From Opitutales bacterium (GTDB taxonomy: Bacteria; Verrucomicrobiota; Verrucomicrobiia; Opitutales; UBA2987), in NCBI GenBank assembly GCA_965226885.1, contig CBDDEL010000013.1, forward strand, positions 320,001 through 384,000: a stretch of DNA of 64,000 nt, in the 5' to 3' direction. Shown piece after piece: positions 8,474 through 19,007 of this stretch. Positions within the stretch are counted from its first letter, which is position 1, and every line of letters begins with the position of its first letter. The notes below the pieces were generated by a model. It saw only the letters and a list, made by a program, of their open reading frames with translations, ran no database searches and was not told where the DNA came from. The translations under genes and the position numbers were made by a program.

Positions 8474-10759
8474 TCATGTCAGCCTGAAATCTATTTGCCG
8501 TTTGAATCGATCTACCTTGTGCACCACCACTTTGATTATTTGTCCGATTTTATAGGTTTTGTTTTTGCGGCGGCCGATTATCGCCGTGCGGCTGTCATTG
8601 ATCCGATAGAGATCGTCCTTTAAAGTTGAGATATGGATCATTCCAAAAGTGGTTGACTGTACCAGCTCGATGAACATGCCGTGATTTTTGACGTCTGTTA
8701 TGATAGCTTCAAAAACGGTTTTATCCGCGCGGGCGACTTCACGTTGGAAAAATTCCAGCAATTTCAGTTTTTGGGATTCGCGCTCGGCCTCCACGCTGTT
8801 GGATTCGGTCAGGGTGAGGTGCTGGGAGAGCCTTGCCGCATCGCCCGGACCATATCTTTTTGGCGGCGCCCCATCCAGTTTCGATTTGCCGGACTTGGCC
8901 AGGTGCCGTTCCAGAACGCGGTGAACGATGAGATCGGAGTAGCGCCGGATAGGTGAGGTGAAATGCAAATAGTTTTCCTTGTTGAGGCCATAGTGGCCGT
9001 CACATTGCTCTTTATAAATAGCTTTTTTCAAGCTCTTCAGGAATTGGAGTTTTAAGGTGTATTCCTGCGGATGGTTTTTGATTTGACGCAGAAATTTGCT
9101 TACTTCGCGCCGTTTGGTCAAATCGCCCACATTCAGTTGGAACCCGACCAGGTAATCGCGCAGCTCTTCCAACCGGTCCTCATCGGGTTTGTCGTGGACC
9201 CGATAAACCGTGGGCAGACCGGCCTGCCGCAGAGATTTTGCCACCGCTTCATTGGCGGCCAGCATGAATTCCTCGATTAACTGGTGGCTCTCGTCGTACT
9301 CGATTTGCTCAATGCGGTCGGCGTAGCCTTGTTCATCCACATATATTTTGATTTCCGCCATATCGAAGTCGAGGCTTCCCTTGTCCATGCGCCTCTTCCT
9401 TAGCTTGGAGGCGATAAACCAAAGCTGGTTGATATTGGTGCGCAGGCGTTCCAAATCCTCATTGGATAATTCGGACAAGGGCCTTCCCGCAGAGCCGGTC
9501 TGGTGTGCCGGGGGCACGGGAAGATTGCGGATCTTTTTATTATCAAAATCCTGCATAAAAGCGTATGCCTGAGTGTAGGTTAACCGCTTTTTGCTATGAA
9601 TAACCGAATTGGCATAACGCACATGGGCCAGCCGGCCCTTGGCGCTGAAGGTTAGAAAAGCCGTTTTCACCAGCCGGTCCGCCCCTTCCGAAAGGCTGCA
9701 CAGTCCGTTCGACAAAGCCTTCGGAATCATAGGAATAACGGTCCCAACGAGGTAGGTCGAGTTGCCCCTTTTCTGGGCCTCCTTATCGATGGCGCTGCCC
9801 GCTTTGACGTAGGCGCCGACATCGGCGATGTGCACTCCCACCACAAATTCGCCGTTTTCCTTTTTCTCGATGGAGAGGGCGTCGTCGAAATCCTTGGCAT
9901 CGTCCGGATCGATGGTAAATGTGAATTTATTCCGCAAATCGAGCCTTCCCTGCAGGTCCCGTGGGCCCACTTTTCCCGGCAATTGGTTGGCTTGGCTGTT
10001 TACTTCCTGTGGGAACTCCGGGTCCAACTCGAAACGGTGCAGGAGGGCCTCGTACTCGGCTCCCGGAGTATGGGTTTTACCCAAAACCCCGATAATCTTT
10101 CCTTCCGGATTGAGGTGCCGCTGTTTCCACTCCATCAACCGGACGACGACCTTGTCATTGATGCGGGGAAAGGGTTTCAATTTGGATTTTCTTGGATCGG
10201 GCACCAGGATGTCCTGAATAATGCGCGGATCATCCGGGATTACATAATAGTAAGCGCGGCTTTTTTGTAGAGTTCCGGTAAGTGTTTTGCGGGCGCGTTG
10301 CAGAATCCGGATGACCCGTCCGCGCATATCCTCCTGAGGATAGGCAGGTGCACTTTTTCCCGGACGCCGCCTACGGTAACGCCCTTTTTGCTGCACCAGG
10401 CGGGCCAGGACGTGGTCTCTGTGCATGGACACGCCAGTGTCTTCGGCCGGAATGTAAAGGCGATCCTTACCCGCCGCCATGCCCAATTGGCGGAGGCGTT
10501 TGTTTTCGGGGTCGGGAATGAGTATGGCCGCGCCGCTCTGCCGGAAATTTATGATTCCCGGAATCAAATCGGCATCGGCGGGCAGGCAATGGCGATCGCC
10601 TTTGACAACCACGACAGAGCCGGAAATGACCAGCCTGCGCAGAATGTTTTTGAGGATGGACTTCTGTTTTTCCCGCAGTTTGAGTCTTTGCCCGATTTCC
10701 GCCGCTTTCAAAGGCGCATAATCGGGTTCAGCCATTAATTTGAAAATTAGTTCTTCCAT
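8474..10759 (-). CDS. rnr: Ribonuclease R
   Basis: TIDPDDAKDFDDA, HFTSPIRRYSDL, C-terminal S1 domain. Confidence 0.95.
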   Translation of the reverse strand: MEELIFKLMAEPDYAPLKAAEIGQRLKLREKQKSILKNILRRLVISGSVVVVKGDRHCLPADADLIPGIINFRQSGAAILIPDPENKRLRQLGMAAGKDRLYIPAEDTGVSMHRDHVLARLVQQKGRYRRRRPGKSAPAYPQEDMRGRVIRILQRARKTLTGTLQKSRAYYYVIPDDPRIIQDILVPDPRKSKLKPFPRINDKVVVRLMEWKQRHLNPEGKIIGVLGKTHTPGAEYEALLHRFELDPEFPQEVNSQANQLPGKVGPRDLQGRLDLRNKFTFTIDPDDAKDFDDALSIEKKENGEFVVGVHIADVGAYVKAGSAIDKEAQKRGNSTYLVGTVIPMIPKALSNGLCSLSEGADRLVKTAFLTFSAKGRLAHVRYANSVIHSKKRLTYTQAYAFMQDFDNKKIRNLPVPPAHQTGSAGRPLSELSNEDLERLRTNINQLWFIASKLRKRRMDKGSLDFDMAEIKIYVDEQGYADRIEQIEYDESHQLIEEFMLAANEAVAKSLRQAGLPTVYRVHDKPDEDRLEELRDYLVGFQLNVGDLTKRREVSKFLRQIKNHPQEYTLKLQFLKSLKKAIYKEQCDGHYGLNKENYLHFTSPIRRYSDLIVHRVLERHLAKSGKSKLDGAPPKRYGPGDAARLSQHLTLTESNSVEAERESQKLKLLEFFQREVARADKTVFEAIITDVKNHGMFIELVQSTTFGMIHISTLKDDLYRINDSRTAIIGRRKNKTYKIGQIIKVVVHKVDRFKRQIDFRLT

Positions 10760-10856
10760 AAATTGATTTTAGTAAATGAATCGGACTCAATGAGCCCATA
10801 AATAATACCTTTCCAGGCCGGAAAGCCCCGGCTGTTTCCTCTTGGGTCAGGGATTT

Positions 10857-11586
10857 TCAGTTGCCGATGCTGGGCCGAACAATGGTGGCGGCACTGTTGG
10901 CCGCCTTGGAAATGTCGGTGGTTGGAGCCTGGGTGGTGTAATCAATGAGGACGCCTTGTCCGTCTTCGCCTTTGAGGTTTTTGAAGAATTCCACATGTCC
11001 GTCGAGAAATGCGATGTGCCCCCCGGTCCCTTCCCAGGGCGAAGTATCGGGGTCCCAGGTGCCGTCCGCCCTCAGGCCCCGGGTCCAAATAAGTGGTGTG
11101 GTGGAGGCGGGAGCTCGCGGGCTCAGCCCAGTAAAGGCCTCGTAGCCCACCGGAGAGTCTTCCCAGGCCGGTTCAACGGTGAGCGCCCCGGTTTCGCGAT
11201 TATTACGCACGATGATCCGCGGCAGGGTGGCAGCTCCGCGGCAGGGTGGCAGCCACGGCCAGTGGATCGACATCCACATAATAAAGTGCGGCGTCGTTCA
11301 AATCTGACTCGGCAGCCAGGAATTGAGCCCACTGATAAATATCGGTAACGGCTTTTTCACCGGTGTTGGGGATGGATCGGGTACGCTCCTTTTGGTTAGC
11401 GAAAGTCAGGTAACCGAGCGTGATTTGACGAAGGTTGCTGCTCGCTTTTTGCATTTGAGCCAGTTCCTTGGCCTTGCCCACAGCGGGTATGATAAGTGCC
11501 ACCAGTATGCCGATAATGGCGATAACTGTTAAAAGTTCCACCAAGGTGAAGCCGGGGCGCTGGCCGCTATTTCGGTTAAATTGCAT
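10857..11586 (-). pseudogene. Prepilin-type N-methylation / H-X9-DG protein, frameshifted
   Basis: [14 protein letters not shown] at the N-terminus, GGHIAFLDGHV at the C-terminus; the 19-bp tandem duplication at 11216-11253 separates the two frames exactly. Confidence 0.88.
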
Positions 11587-11647
11587 AGTTTTGCCTGCTA
11601 TTGATTTTGCGGAAGGATAGTAAAAAACAGGCCCTCGTCAAGATTGG

Positions 11648-12916
11648 TCAATAGGGTAGGGGAAAGCGTTGGCAAAGATCGAGAGCGATTGTTTTGGCCT
11701 GCGCAATTTTTTCTTCATCGGCGGGATCGGCCAGGACCCCGGCAATGGCTTTGGCAATGGTTTTCATTTCTTCCGTTTGCAATCCGCGGGTCGTTACGGC
11801 GGGGGATCCCAGGCGTAAACCGCTGGCTTGAAAAGGGCTCCTCGTTTCCCCCGGCACGGTGTTTTTGTTGGTCGTAATGTTGGCTTTATCGAGGGCTTGC
11901 TGGGCCGCTTTACCCGTTAAATCGGGATGAGTTTTGCGAAAATCAAGCATCAGCAGGTGGTTCTCCGTGCCTCCGCTGACGATGTCGAAGCCCAGTTCCA
12001 GAAGGGCTTCGGCCAGAGCCTTGGCATTTTTCACCACTTGCCCCTGGTATTCTTTGAACTGAGGTTTGAGTGCTTCCTGAAAGCATACTGCTTTGGCCGC
12101 GATGACATGCATGAGCGGCCCGCCCTGGGTTCCCGGAAAGAGAGAGGAGTCAATCGTCCGACCATTTTCTTGACGGCACAAGATTACGCCGCCGCGGGGG
12201 CCGCGCAGGGTTTTGTGGGTGGTGGAAGTGACAAAATCGGCATGGGGAATGGGAGAAGGATGCAATCCGGCCACGACCAATCCCGCGATGTGGGCAATGT
12301 CCGCCATGAGCAGCGCGCCGCAATCACGAGCAATTTGCCCCATGCGCTCGAAGTCGATGATCCTCGAATAAGCGGAAGCTCCCACTGTTATCATTTTGGG
12401 TTTTTCCCGCGCGGCGATACGCGCCAATTCGTCGTAATCGATCAGGCCGGTTTCTTCAACCACACCGTAATTGACCACTTGGTAGAGTTTTCCGCTGAAA
12501 TTGACGGGGGAACCGTGGGTCAGATGGCCGCCGTGGGGCAGGCTCATGGTTAAAATTTTATCTCTCGGCTGGAGCACGGCGAAATAAACGGCGGCGTTGG
12601 CCTGACTGCCGGAATGGGGCTGCACATTGGCGTGTTCGGCCCCGAATAGCTGCTTGGCCCGGTCGATGGCCAGTTGCTCGGCCACATCCACGAATTTGCA
12701 GCCGCCATACCAGCGCCGGCGCGGATAACCTTCCGCATATTTGTTGGTCATGACGCTGCCCTGCGCTTCCAGAACGGCCGGAAAGGTGAAATTCTCGGAG
12801 GCAATCAGCTCAAGGTGGGTTTGCTGCCGTTGAACTTCATCCTGGATGGCCGCATATATTTCGGGATCCAGTATTTCCAGGGGCCGGTTGTCGAAAGTCA
12901 GTTTGTCCGTATTCAT
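11648..12916 (-). CDS. glyA: Serine hydroxymethyltransferase
   Basis: [26 protein letters not shown]. Confidence 0.97.
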   Translation of the reverse strand: MNTDKLTFDNRPLEILDPEIYAAIQDEVQRQQTHLELIASENFTFPAVLEAQGSVMTNKYAEGYPRRRWYGGCKFVDVAEQLAIDRAKQLFGAEHANVQPHSGSQANAAVYFAVLQPRDKILTMSLPHGGHLTHGSPVNFSGKLYQVVNYGVVEETGLIDYDELARIAAREKPKMITVGASAYSRIIDFERMGQIARDCGALLMADIAHIAGLVVAGLHPSPIPHADFVTSTTHKTLRGPRGGVILCRQENGRTIDSSLFPGTQGGPLMHVIAAKAVCFQEALKPQFKEYQGQVVKNAKALAEALLELGFDIVSGGTENHLLMLDFRKTHPDLTGKAAQQALDKANITTNKNTVPGETRSPFQASGLRLGSPAVTTRGLQTEEMKTIAKAIAGVLADPADEEKIAQAKTIALDLCQRFPLPY

Positions 12917-12928
12917 AAAATTGTTCTC

Positions 12929-13423
12929 TCACTTGAGATTGGGAGCGAGGTTTTCTCTTAAATATTGGATGCACGAAGGGATGGCTTCGACCAGATTATC
13001 CCGGCAATTTTCATAGGCCTCAAGCGGCATGCCGTAGGGATCGGGCAGTTGGGTATTGGCCGGGGGGTCGATAAATTGGCGGAAGAGGAGCACCGGCGCC
13101 TCAACACCGGGAAAAAACTCTTTCAATAAATATTGATGCGCATCGGTCATGCAAAAAAAGACCAGAGAGTTATCAACAATTTCCTGGGTGAGGGAGTGGC
13201 TGAAGTGGTCGGAAAGGTCCAGGCTGACTTTCTGCAGGGCGCGGATCGAGTTTTCAGAAGCCCGCTCCCCTTCATAGGATGAGATTCCAGCCGAGATCAC
13301 GGGAATGGATCGCAACGGCTCGTCCTCAGCCTTGAGAGCGTGGGCCAGAAGCCGTTCCGCCATTGGGCTGCGGCAGGTGTTCGCCGTGCATAGGCAGGTT
13401 ATATATCCGGGGATTGGAGCCAT
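12929..13423 (-). CDS. Low molecular weight protein tyrosine/arginine phosphatase
   Basis: CTANTCRSPMAE P-loop and DPYG. Confidence 0.9.
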   Translation of the reverse strand: MAPIPGYITCLCTANTCRSPMAERLLAHALKAEDEPLRSIPVISAGISSYEGERASENSIRALQKVSLDLSDHFSHSLTQEIVDNSLVFFCMTDAHQYLLKEFFPGVEAPVLLFRQFIDPPANTQLPDPYGMPLEAYENCRDNLVEAIPSCIQYLRENLAPNLK

Positions 13424-13584
13424 GGCTTTAATCTCAAAATGTGGAGCGTTTTATCCTCATTGTAAAGAAGCAATCCCTGGCCAATCCCATAACGGCAAAA
13501 TGGCCATGAGGTATCCTAAAATAGTAATAGGCCGCCTTTTGATTTGTCTTTTGAGATCATCATCATTTTTCTCAAAGGAACTTT

Positions 13585-15024
13585 ATGCGGATATATTTCA
13601 TGGGTCTTTGTGGAGTTGCCATGGGCAACACGGCGATTTTGCTGCAAAGCCTGGGCTACGATGTGAGCGGCGCCGACAGCGGCGTTTACCCGCCCATGTC
13701 GGATGCTCTGCGGGAAGCTGGCATCCAGTGTTTTGAGGGTTTTGATCCCCGCCGACTGGAATCCATCGGCCCGGACCTGGTTATCATTGGCAACGCCCTT
13801 TCCAGGGGAAACCCCGAAGTGGAGTGGTTGTGGCAGACCCGTCGATTTCCCTATACCTCTCTGCCTGCATTTATCGGCAAAAAGTTTTTGCAAAACCGGA
13901 AAAGTATTGTCGTCACCGGCACCCACGGCAAGACGACGACTTCATCCCTGACGGCGGCTCTGCTACGGGCCCACGGCAAAGACCCCGGATACTTCATTGG
14001 CGGCATACCTCTTGATTTGCCCGGTGGGGCGGCTTGCGGCGACCCCGGCGACCCTTTTGTGATTGAAGGCGACGAATACGATTGCGCCTTTTTCGACAAA
14101 CGCAGCAAATTCATTCATTATAATCCCGATATTTTAATCATCAACAACCTGGAGTTCGATCACGGAGACGTTTTTCGCGATTTGCAAGATGTGCAAAGAA
14201 GTTTCGACCATCTCCTGCGGCTGGTCCCGGCCAACGGCTGCATCCTGGCCAATGGCGACGATGCCAACCTGAAAGAACTGCTGCCGTCTGCCTGGACGCA
14301 AACTATGTTCGTGGGCATGGGTAGCGGCAACGATTTACGTATTCTCGATTACAAAACGGAAAATGCGGGTTCGGCTTTTATCCTGCAATGGCGGGGGCAA
14401 ACATGGGGTCGGGTCTCCTGGGGGCTGCACGGCATATTCAACGCCCGCAACGCAGCCATGGCCGCCCTGGCCGCAGCCCTGGCCCTCAATCCTGAACCTA
14501 AAGATGTTTCCCAAATGTCCCTGGCCCCTCTTGGAGGGATGAAAGGGGTCAAACGCCGTCAGGAAATATTGTTCGAAAATGATGACCTGATGGTGATGGA
14601 GGACTTCGGTCATCACCCCACGGCCATCGCTGGCACACTAGAGACCTTGCAGCTCCGTTATCCGCGCTGCCGCCTGGCTGCCTGTTTTGAGGCACGCAGC
14701 AATACCGCCCGTTCCTCCGTCTTTCAAACGGAATTTGGCGACGCCTTGGCATTGGCCGACAGCGTCTTTCTGGGGCCGGTCCATCGGCTTGAAAAATTGG
14801 CCCCCGACCTCGCCCTCGATACCGGTCAATTAACCGGGATGCTCCACCAAAAAGAGGTTGATGCGCATGCCTTCGAAACCAATGCCGGCCTTTTGGAAGC
14901 GGTTCACCGCCTCTGTCTTGAGGCCCGGCGCGAAAAGCTCGTTCTCTGTTTCTTTTCCAACGGATCCTTCGATGGTGTAATGGATACTCTGGTCAACCGT
15001 TTGCAGAAAATCGTTTCGGTGTGA
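13585..15024 (+). CDS. mpl: Murein peptide ligase (Mpl/MurC family)
   Basis: GLCGVAMG, GTHGKTTT, EGDEYD.AFFDKRSKF, DFGHHPTAI, SNGSFDG. Confidence 0.88.
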   Translation: MRIYFMGLCGVAMGNTAILLQSLGYDVSGADSGVYPPMSDALREAGIQCFEGFDPRRLESIGPDLVIIGNALSRGNPEVEWLWQTRRFPYTSLPAFIGKKFLQNRKSIVVTGTHGKTTTSSLTAALLRAHGKDPGYFIGGIPLDLPGGAACGDPGDPFVIEGDEYDCAFFDKRSKFIHYNPDILIINNLEFDHGDVFRDLQDVQRSFDHLLRLVPANGCILANGDDANLKELLPSAWTQTMFVGMGSGNDLRILDYKTENAGSAFILQWRGQTWGRVSWGLHGIFNARNAAMAALAAALALNPEPKDVSQMSLAPLGGMKGVKRRQEILFENDDLMVMEDFGHHPTAIAGTLETLQLRYPRCRLAACFEARSNTARSSVFQTEFGDALALADSVFLGPVHRLEKLAPDLALDTGQLTGMLHQKEVDAHAFETNAGLLEAVHRLCLEARREKLVLCFFSNGSFDGVMDTLVNRLQKIVSV

Positions 15025-15947
15025 AAGCTAAACCGGGGAGGGAGGAAGCAACCGGGATGGAGGATGACATCGACGGTTTTCTGGCTTATTGCGAACTAGA
15101 AAAAGGCCTTTCTGCAAACACTACTGAGGGTTACGAAAGCGACCTGACCCAATTTGCCGGGTTCCTTGCCCAAAAGAGAGTAGGCAAGTGGTCCCTGGCC
15201 CGTCCTGAACACGTTGCCGGATGGATCAACCATTTGAGTGGCCAAGGATTTGCCGTGGCTACCCTGGCCCGAAAATTATCGACACTCAAAATGTTCGCCC
15301 GCCATCTTCTCAGGGAAAAAAAATGCGATGAAGACTATACCGTTTTGCAGGCTGCTCCGCGAGCCAGTCGAAAACTTCCGGACACTTTGACGAGGAAGGA
15401 AGTCGAGCGGCTCCTGGCCATACCAGACCAGTCCACGCCCCAGGGGGCCAGGGATCGCGCCATCATGGAACTGGCTTATAGCAGCGGACTGAGGGTTTCC
15501 GAGATTTGTTCGCTGGAACTGCAGGACGTCGATCTGGAAAACGGATTCGTGCGCGTTCACTCCGGCAAAGGCAGGAAGGACCGGGTGGTGCCCTTGGGAG
15601 CCCCGGCCATTGAAGCGGTCGATGTCTATGCCACGGCGGCCCGCTCGCGTTTGGTCAAACCTAATACCGGGAGCGCGCTTTTCCTGAGTAACCGGGGAAA
15701 GGCCATCTCTCGGAAAACGGTTTGGCTGCGCATCCGGCAATGGGCTCGCCGGGCCGGCCTTCCCATGGCAGTGAAACCTCATGATTTGAGGCATTCATTC
15801 GCCACTCATCTGCTTGAAGGCGGAGCCGATTTGCGGGCCATCCAGGAAATGCTGGGGCACTCCGATATTTCCACCACACAGATTTATACGGCGGTGGAAA
15901 AGGAACGTTTATGGGAGCAGCACGCCCGCTTCCATCCCAGAAAATAA
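15021..15947 (+). CDS. xerD: Site-specific tyrosine recombinase XerD
   Basis: SGLRVSE, HDLRHSFATHLL.GGADLR.IQEMLGH, TTQIY; housekeeping context. Confidence 0.85.
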   Translation: MKAKPGREEATGMEDDIDGFLAYCELEKGLSANTTEGYESDLTQFAGFLAQKRVGKWSLARPEHVAGWINHLSGQGFAVATLARKLSTLKMFARHLLREKKCDEDYTVLQAAPRASRKLPDTLTRKEVERLLAIPDQSTPQGARDRAIMELAYSSGLRVSEICSLELQDVDLENGFVRVHSGKGRKDRVVPLGAPAIEAVDVYATAARSRLVKPNTGSALFLSNRGKAISRKTVWLRIRQWARRAGLPMAVKPHDLRHSFATHLLEGGADLRAIQEMLGHSDISTTQIYTAVEKERLWEQHARFHPRK

Positions 15948-15965
15948 CTGACCCGACCCTTACCG

Positions 15966-16622
15966 CTATTGGTGGTTGAAGCGGCTTAGCAGTCCCATGA
16001 CCAAAACCACGCAGATAGAGACCCCCAGGATAATGGCCGAAAGTATGGCCGCCTGGGTCATTTCACCCGCTTCGACGGAAAAGAAAATGGCTATGGGAGC
16101 TGTTTGGGTCCGCCCGGGGATATTGCCTGCGATCATGAGAGTGGCACCAAACTCACCCAAGGCTCTCATGAAACAGATGACCAGGCCCGCGGCCACCCCG
16201 GCCCAGCTTAATGGCAGCATGACTTGCCAGAGAATGCGCCACTCGCTGAACCCGAAAATGCGGGCCGCATCGAGGAGCGCAGGATCGATTTGCATGAAGG
16301 CGGCCCGCAGGGTCTGGTACATGAGGGGGAAAGATACTACGGTTGCGGCCAGAACCGCGGCGGGCCAGGAAAAGACGATGTTCAGGCCGATGAGTTCGAG
16401 CAAACTGCCGACCGGAGATTGACGGCCGAATATTAAAATCAGCCCCAGACCTATTACCGTCGGGGGCAGGGCCAGTGGAAACATCAATATACCATCGAGA
16501 ATCTGGAAGCTCCGGCTCTCGAAACGCAAGCGCCAGCGAGCCGCCAGCGCACCCAGCACAAAAACAATGAGGGTGGCGGTGGCGGCCGTTTTAAGAGATA
16601 TCCAAAGGGGTGAAAATTCCAT
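15966..16622 (-). CDS. modB: Molybdate ABC transporter permease
   Basis: PLALPPTVIG, RALGEFGATLMIAGNIPGRTQT. Confidence 0.93.
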   Translation of the reverse strand: MEFSPLWISLKTAATATLIVFVLGALAARWRLRFESRSFQILDGILMFPLALPPTVIGLGLILIFGRQSPVGSLLELIGLNIVFSWPAAVLAATVVSFPLMYQTLRAAFMQIDPALLDAARIFGFSEWRILWQVMLPLSWAGVAAGLVICFMRALGEFGATLMIAGNIPGRTQTAPIAIFFSVEAGEMTQAAILSAIILGVSICVVLVMGLLSRFNHQ

Positions 16623-16652
16623 TTGTAAACTTGGAAGCCGATTGTTTCTAAA

Positions 16653-17416
16653 TCAGTCTAATTCCTTTTCCACAATCCCAAATCCATAAGAAATGAAGAT
16701 GGCTTTGGCTTTTTCGCCGCTTAGAAATTCTATGAATCGGGCGGCATTGTTGGGTTGCCCGGTTCCATTCACCATTGCGACCGAATACCGGATGGGTGAA
16801 TGCAATTGGGCTGGAAGTTCAGGTCCTATCGAGATATTCGGGGATCGTTTGGCATCGCTGGCGTAAACAATACCAGCATCAACCTGGCCGGTTTCCACAT
16901 AAGTTTTCACTTGCAGGGCGTTTTTCGAATAAATCAGTTTTTCCTCCAAACGGCTCCATAGGCTCAGTTTCTGCAGCGCCTCTTTTGCATAGTATCCCGC
17001 AGGAACACTGCGAATCTCCCCGATGGCAATTTTACGAACGGACGGCGAGGTCAATCGGTAAAATTGGAAAAACGTTTTCCATCGGACGGGGAGATCAAGA
17101 CCAGGCTGTTGGTGAGCAAATCTAATTCCGATTGCGGCTTGATTAAACCCGATTGGACCAGGTTTCGCATATGAATATCGGCTGCGGAAATGAACAAATC
17201 AACCGGCGCGCCGTTTTCAATTTGGCGGCTGAGAGAACCGGAGGCGCCGAAATTGAAAGTCAGCTGGATGCCGGGAAAGGTTTCCCTGAAATGGTCGCCG
17301 ATTATTTTCAATGGATCGCGTAGGCTGACGGCTGCCGACACCGTTAATTCATTTCGCTTTCCGCAGCCCGACAAGAAAATTAAAGTAATCGCCAGAAAAA
17401 ATGTAAATACTTTCAT
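16653..17416 (-). pseudogene. modA: Molybdate-binding lipoprotein, frameshifted near 17052
   Basis: SAAVSL, FGASGSL..QIENGAPVDLFISA in one frame; VPAGYYA, DAGIVY.SD in the next; one missing base in gat(t)tgacc joins them. Confidence 0.85.
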
Positions 17417-18102
17417 TCTACCGTTAGAGATATTCCGTTGTGGGATGCTTTTAAGTTCAAAATATAGGGAGCCGCCCGCTCTGCCCATACGGCCGGGTTG
17501 GGATAATTGGCCGCCGATTCTTTCCCAAAGGTGCTTTTCAGCATGTCCGTGTTGACGGGACCGGGACCGAGGGGAATGGCGGCCATGCCGTTGGGTAGTT
17601 CTTTCGCGAGGGCTTTGGTGAGGGCTTCTATGCCCCACTTGGCGGCACAGTAAGGCGCGATTTTTGGATACCCGCTGCGCCCCGCGCCGGAGCTGAAATT
17701 AACGATGATGCCTCTTCCGGATTTTATCATGGACGGTAGAAAAGCCCGCAGAACATTGGTCGTCCCTTTCAAGCCCACATCGATGACGTTTGAAAATTCT
17801 TCCGACGGGACTTCCCACAGCCGGTTGTTTTTGTTAATGAGAGCGGCGTTGTTGATGAGCAGGTCCGGGGCGCCGTATTTATCCAGGGCGGCACTGGCCC
17901 AACCCTTAACGGCGGCCCAATCCAAAACGTCAACCGCCTGTAACAAGTGGGCCGGGCCAAGTTTTTTGCCCAAATTTCTCAGGTCGACTTCGTTTCTTCC
18001 GCAACCGACGACGGTTTGCCCGAGCTTCACAAATTTTTGCGTTAAAGCGCGCCCCAGCCCGCGGGAGACCCCGGTAATGACGATGCAGGATGCACGATGC
18101 AT
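17413..18102 (-). CDS. Short-chain dehydrogenase/reductase
   Basis: ITGVSRGLG, LINNA, YCAAK; stop overlaps the modA start (ATGA). Confidence 0.9.
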   Translation of the reverse strand: MHRASCIVITGVSRGLGRALTQKFVKLGQTVVGCGRNEVDLRNLGKKLGPAHLLQAVDVLDWAAVKGWASAALDKYGAPDLLINNAALINKNNRLWEVPSEEFSNVIDVGLKGTTNVLRAFLPSMIKSGRGIIVNFSSGAGRSGYPKIAPYCAAKWGIEALTKALAKELPNGMAAIPLGPGPVNTDMLKSTFGKESAANYPNPAVWAERAAPYILNLKASHNGISLTVE

Positions 18103-18130
18103 GATGCATGATGCAGGACGCTGGATGCCG
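18082..18130. repeat. Heptamer tandem repeat GATGCAN x5 plus 2 degenerate units
   Basis: gatgcag gatgcac gatgcat gatgcat gatgcag gacgctg gatgccg, spanning the SDR start codon. Confidence 0.85.
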
Positions 18131-18192
18131 GGCGCAAGATTGTAAAAACAAATTCACTTGCCATTGCCCAACCTGTTTGCCGCCATAGGGCC

Positions 18193-18975
18193 ATGGAAAT
18201 CATTTTTATGGGAACCGGCACTTCTCAAGGCGTCCCCATGATTGCCCATGATGCTCCCGATCTCGATTTGGATAACCCCAAAAACTGGCGCACCCGCCCC
18301 AGTATTCATGTGGAAATGGACGGCTGTCATGTCCAGGTGGACGCCGGCCAGGAGTTTCGCATCCAATGTCTGAGGGAAAACATTCGTCAGGTTGACCATT
18401 TCATATTAACCCACCGGCATGCCGACCATGTCATGGGCATGGACGATTTGAGGCGTTTTTGCGCCATGCGCGAATCCACTAAGCTCCCTGTTTACAGCAC
18501 TACCGATGGGCTTCAATGCATCGAGAGCATTTTCCCCTATGCGGTCAATCGGACCAAGCCAATCAACCGTTTTTACCCCGCTTTTGAATTGATTGAGATG
18601 CCCGCCGTTCTTGATCTCGAGTGCGGTTGCATTCACTCAACCCTTCTGCCCCACGGTCCGATCGATACTTTAGGATTGATCTTTGTCGAGCGTAGTTCCG
18701 GTAAGAAGGCGGTTTATTTCACGGATTGCAACGCGGTGCGGCCCAACCAGCGCGAGATGGCCCGAAATTCCGATGTCGTCATTCTTGACGCTTTGCAGCC
18801 AAGAACACACCCCACCCACATGTCAATCGATGAGGCGGTGGAAACGGCCCTGGATATAGGCGCCCCCCAATCTTATTTTACCCATATGGCATTTCCAGTG
18901 GACCATGACATCGTGGATGGGGAGCTTCCCGATGGCATTTCATTGGCTTATGACGGTCTTCGGGTAATCCTTTAA
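18193..18975 (+). CDS. MBL-fold metallohydrolase (PhnP-like)
   Basis: GTGTSQGVP, THRHADHVMGMDD, THMS, LAYDGL. Confidence 0.9.
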   Translation: MEIIFMGTGTSQGVPMIAHDAPDLDLDNPKNWRTRPSIHVEMDGCHVQVDAGQEFRIQCLRENIRQVDHFILTHRHADHVMGMDDLRRFCAMRESTKLPVYSTTDGLQCIESIFPYAVNRTKPINRFYPAFELIEMPAVLDLECGCIHSTLLPHGPIDTLGLIFVERSSGKKAVYFTDCNAVRPNQREMARNSDVVILDALQPRTHPTHMSIDEAVETALDIGAPQSYFTHMAFPVDHDIVDGELPDGISLAYDGLRVIL

Positions 18976-19007
18976 ACAGGCAGGGGTAAATCCGTTTTCG
19001 CTTATGA

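Noticed and set aside
15021..15947. Tyrosine recombinase as an integron or phage integrase
   Set aside because: XerD-type sequence coupled to mpl, with no IntI insertion and no att or phage genes nearby
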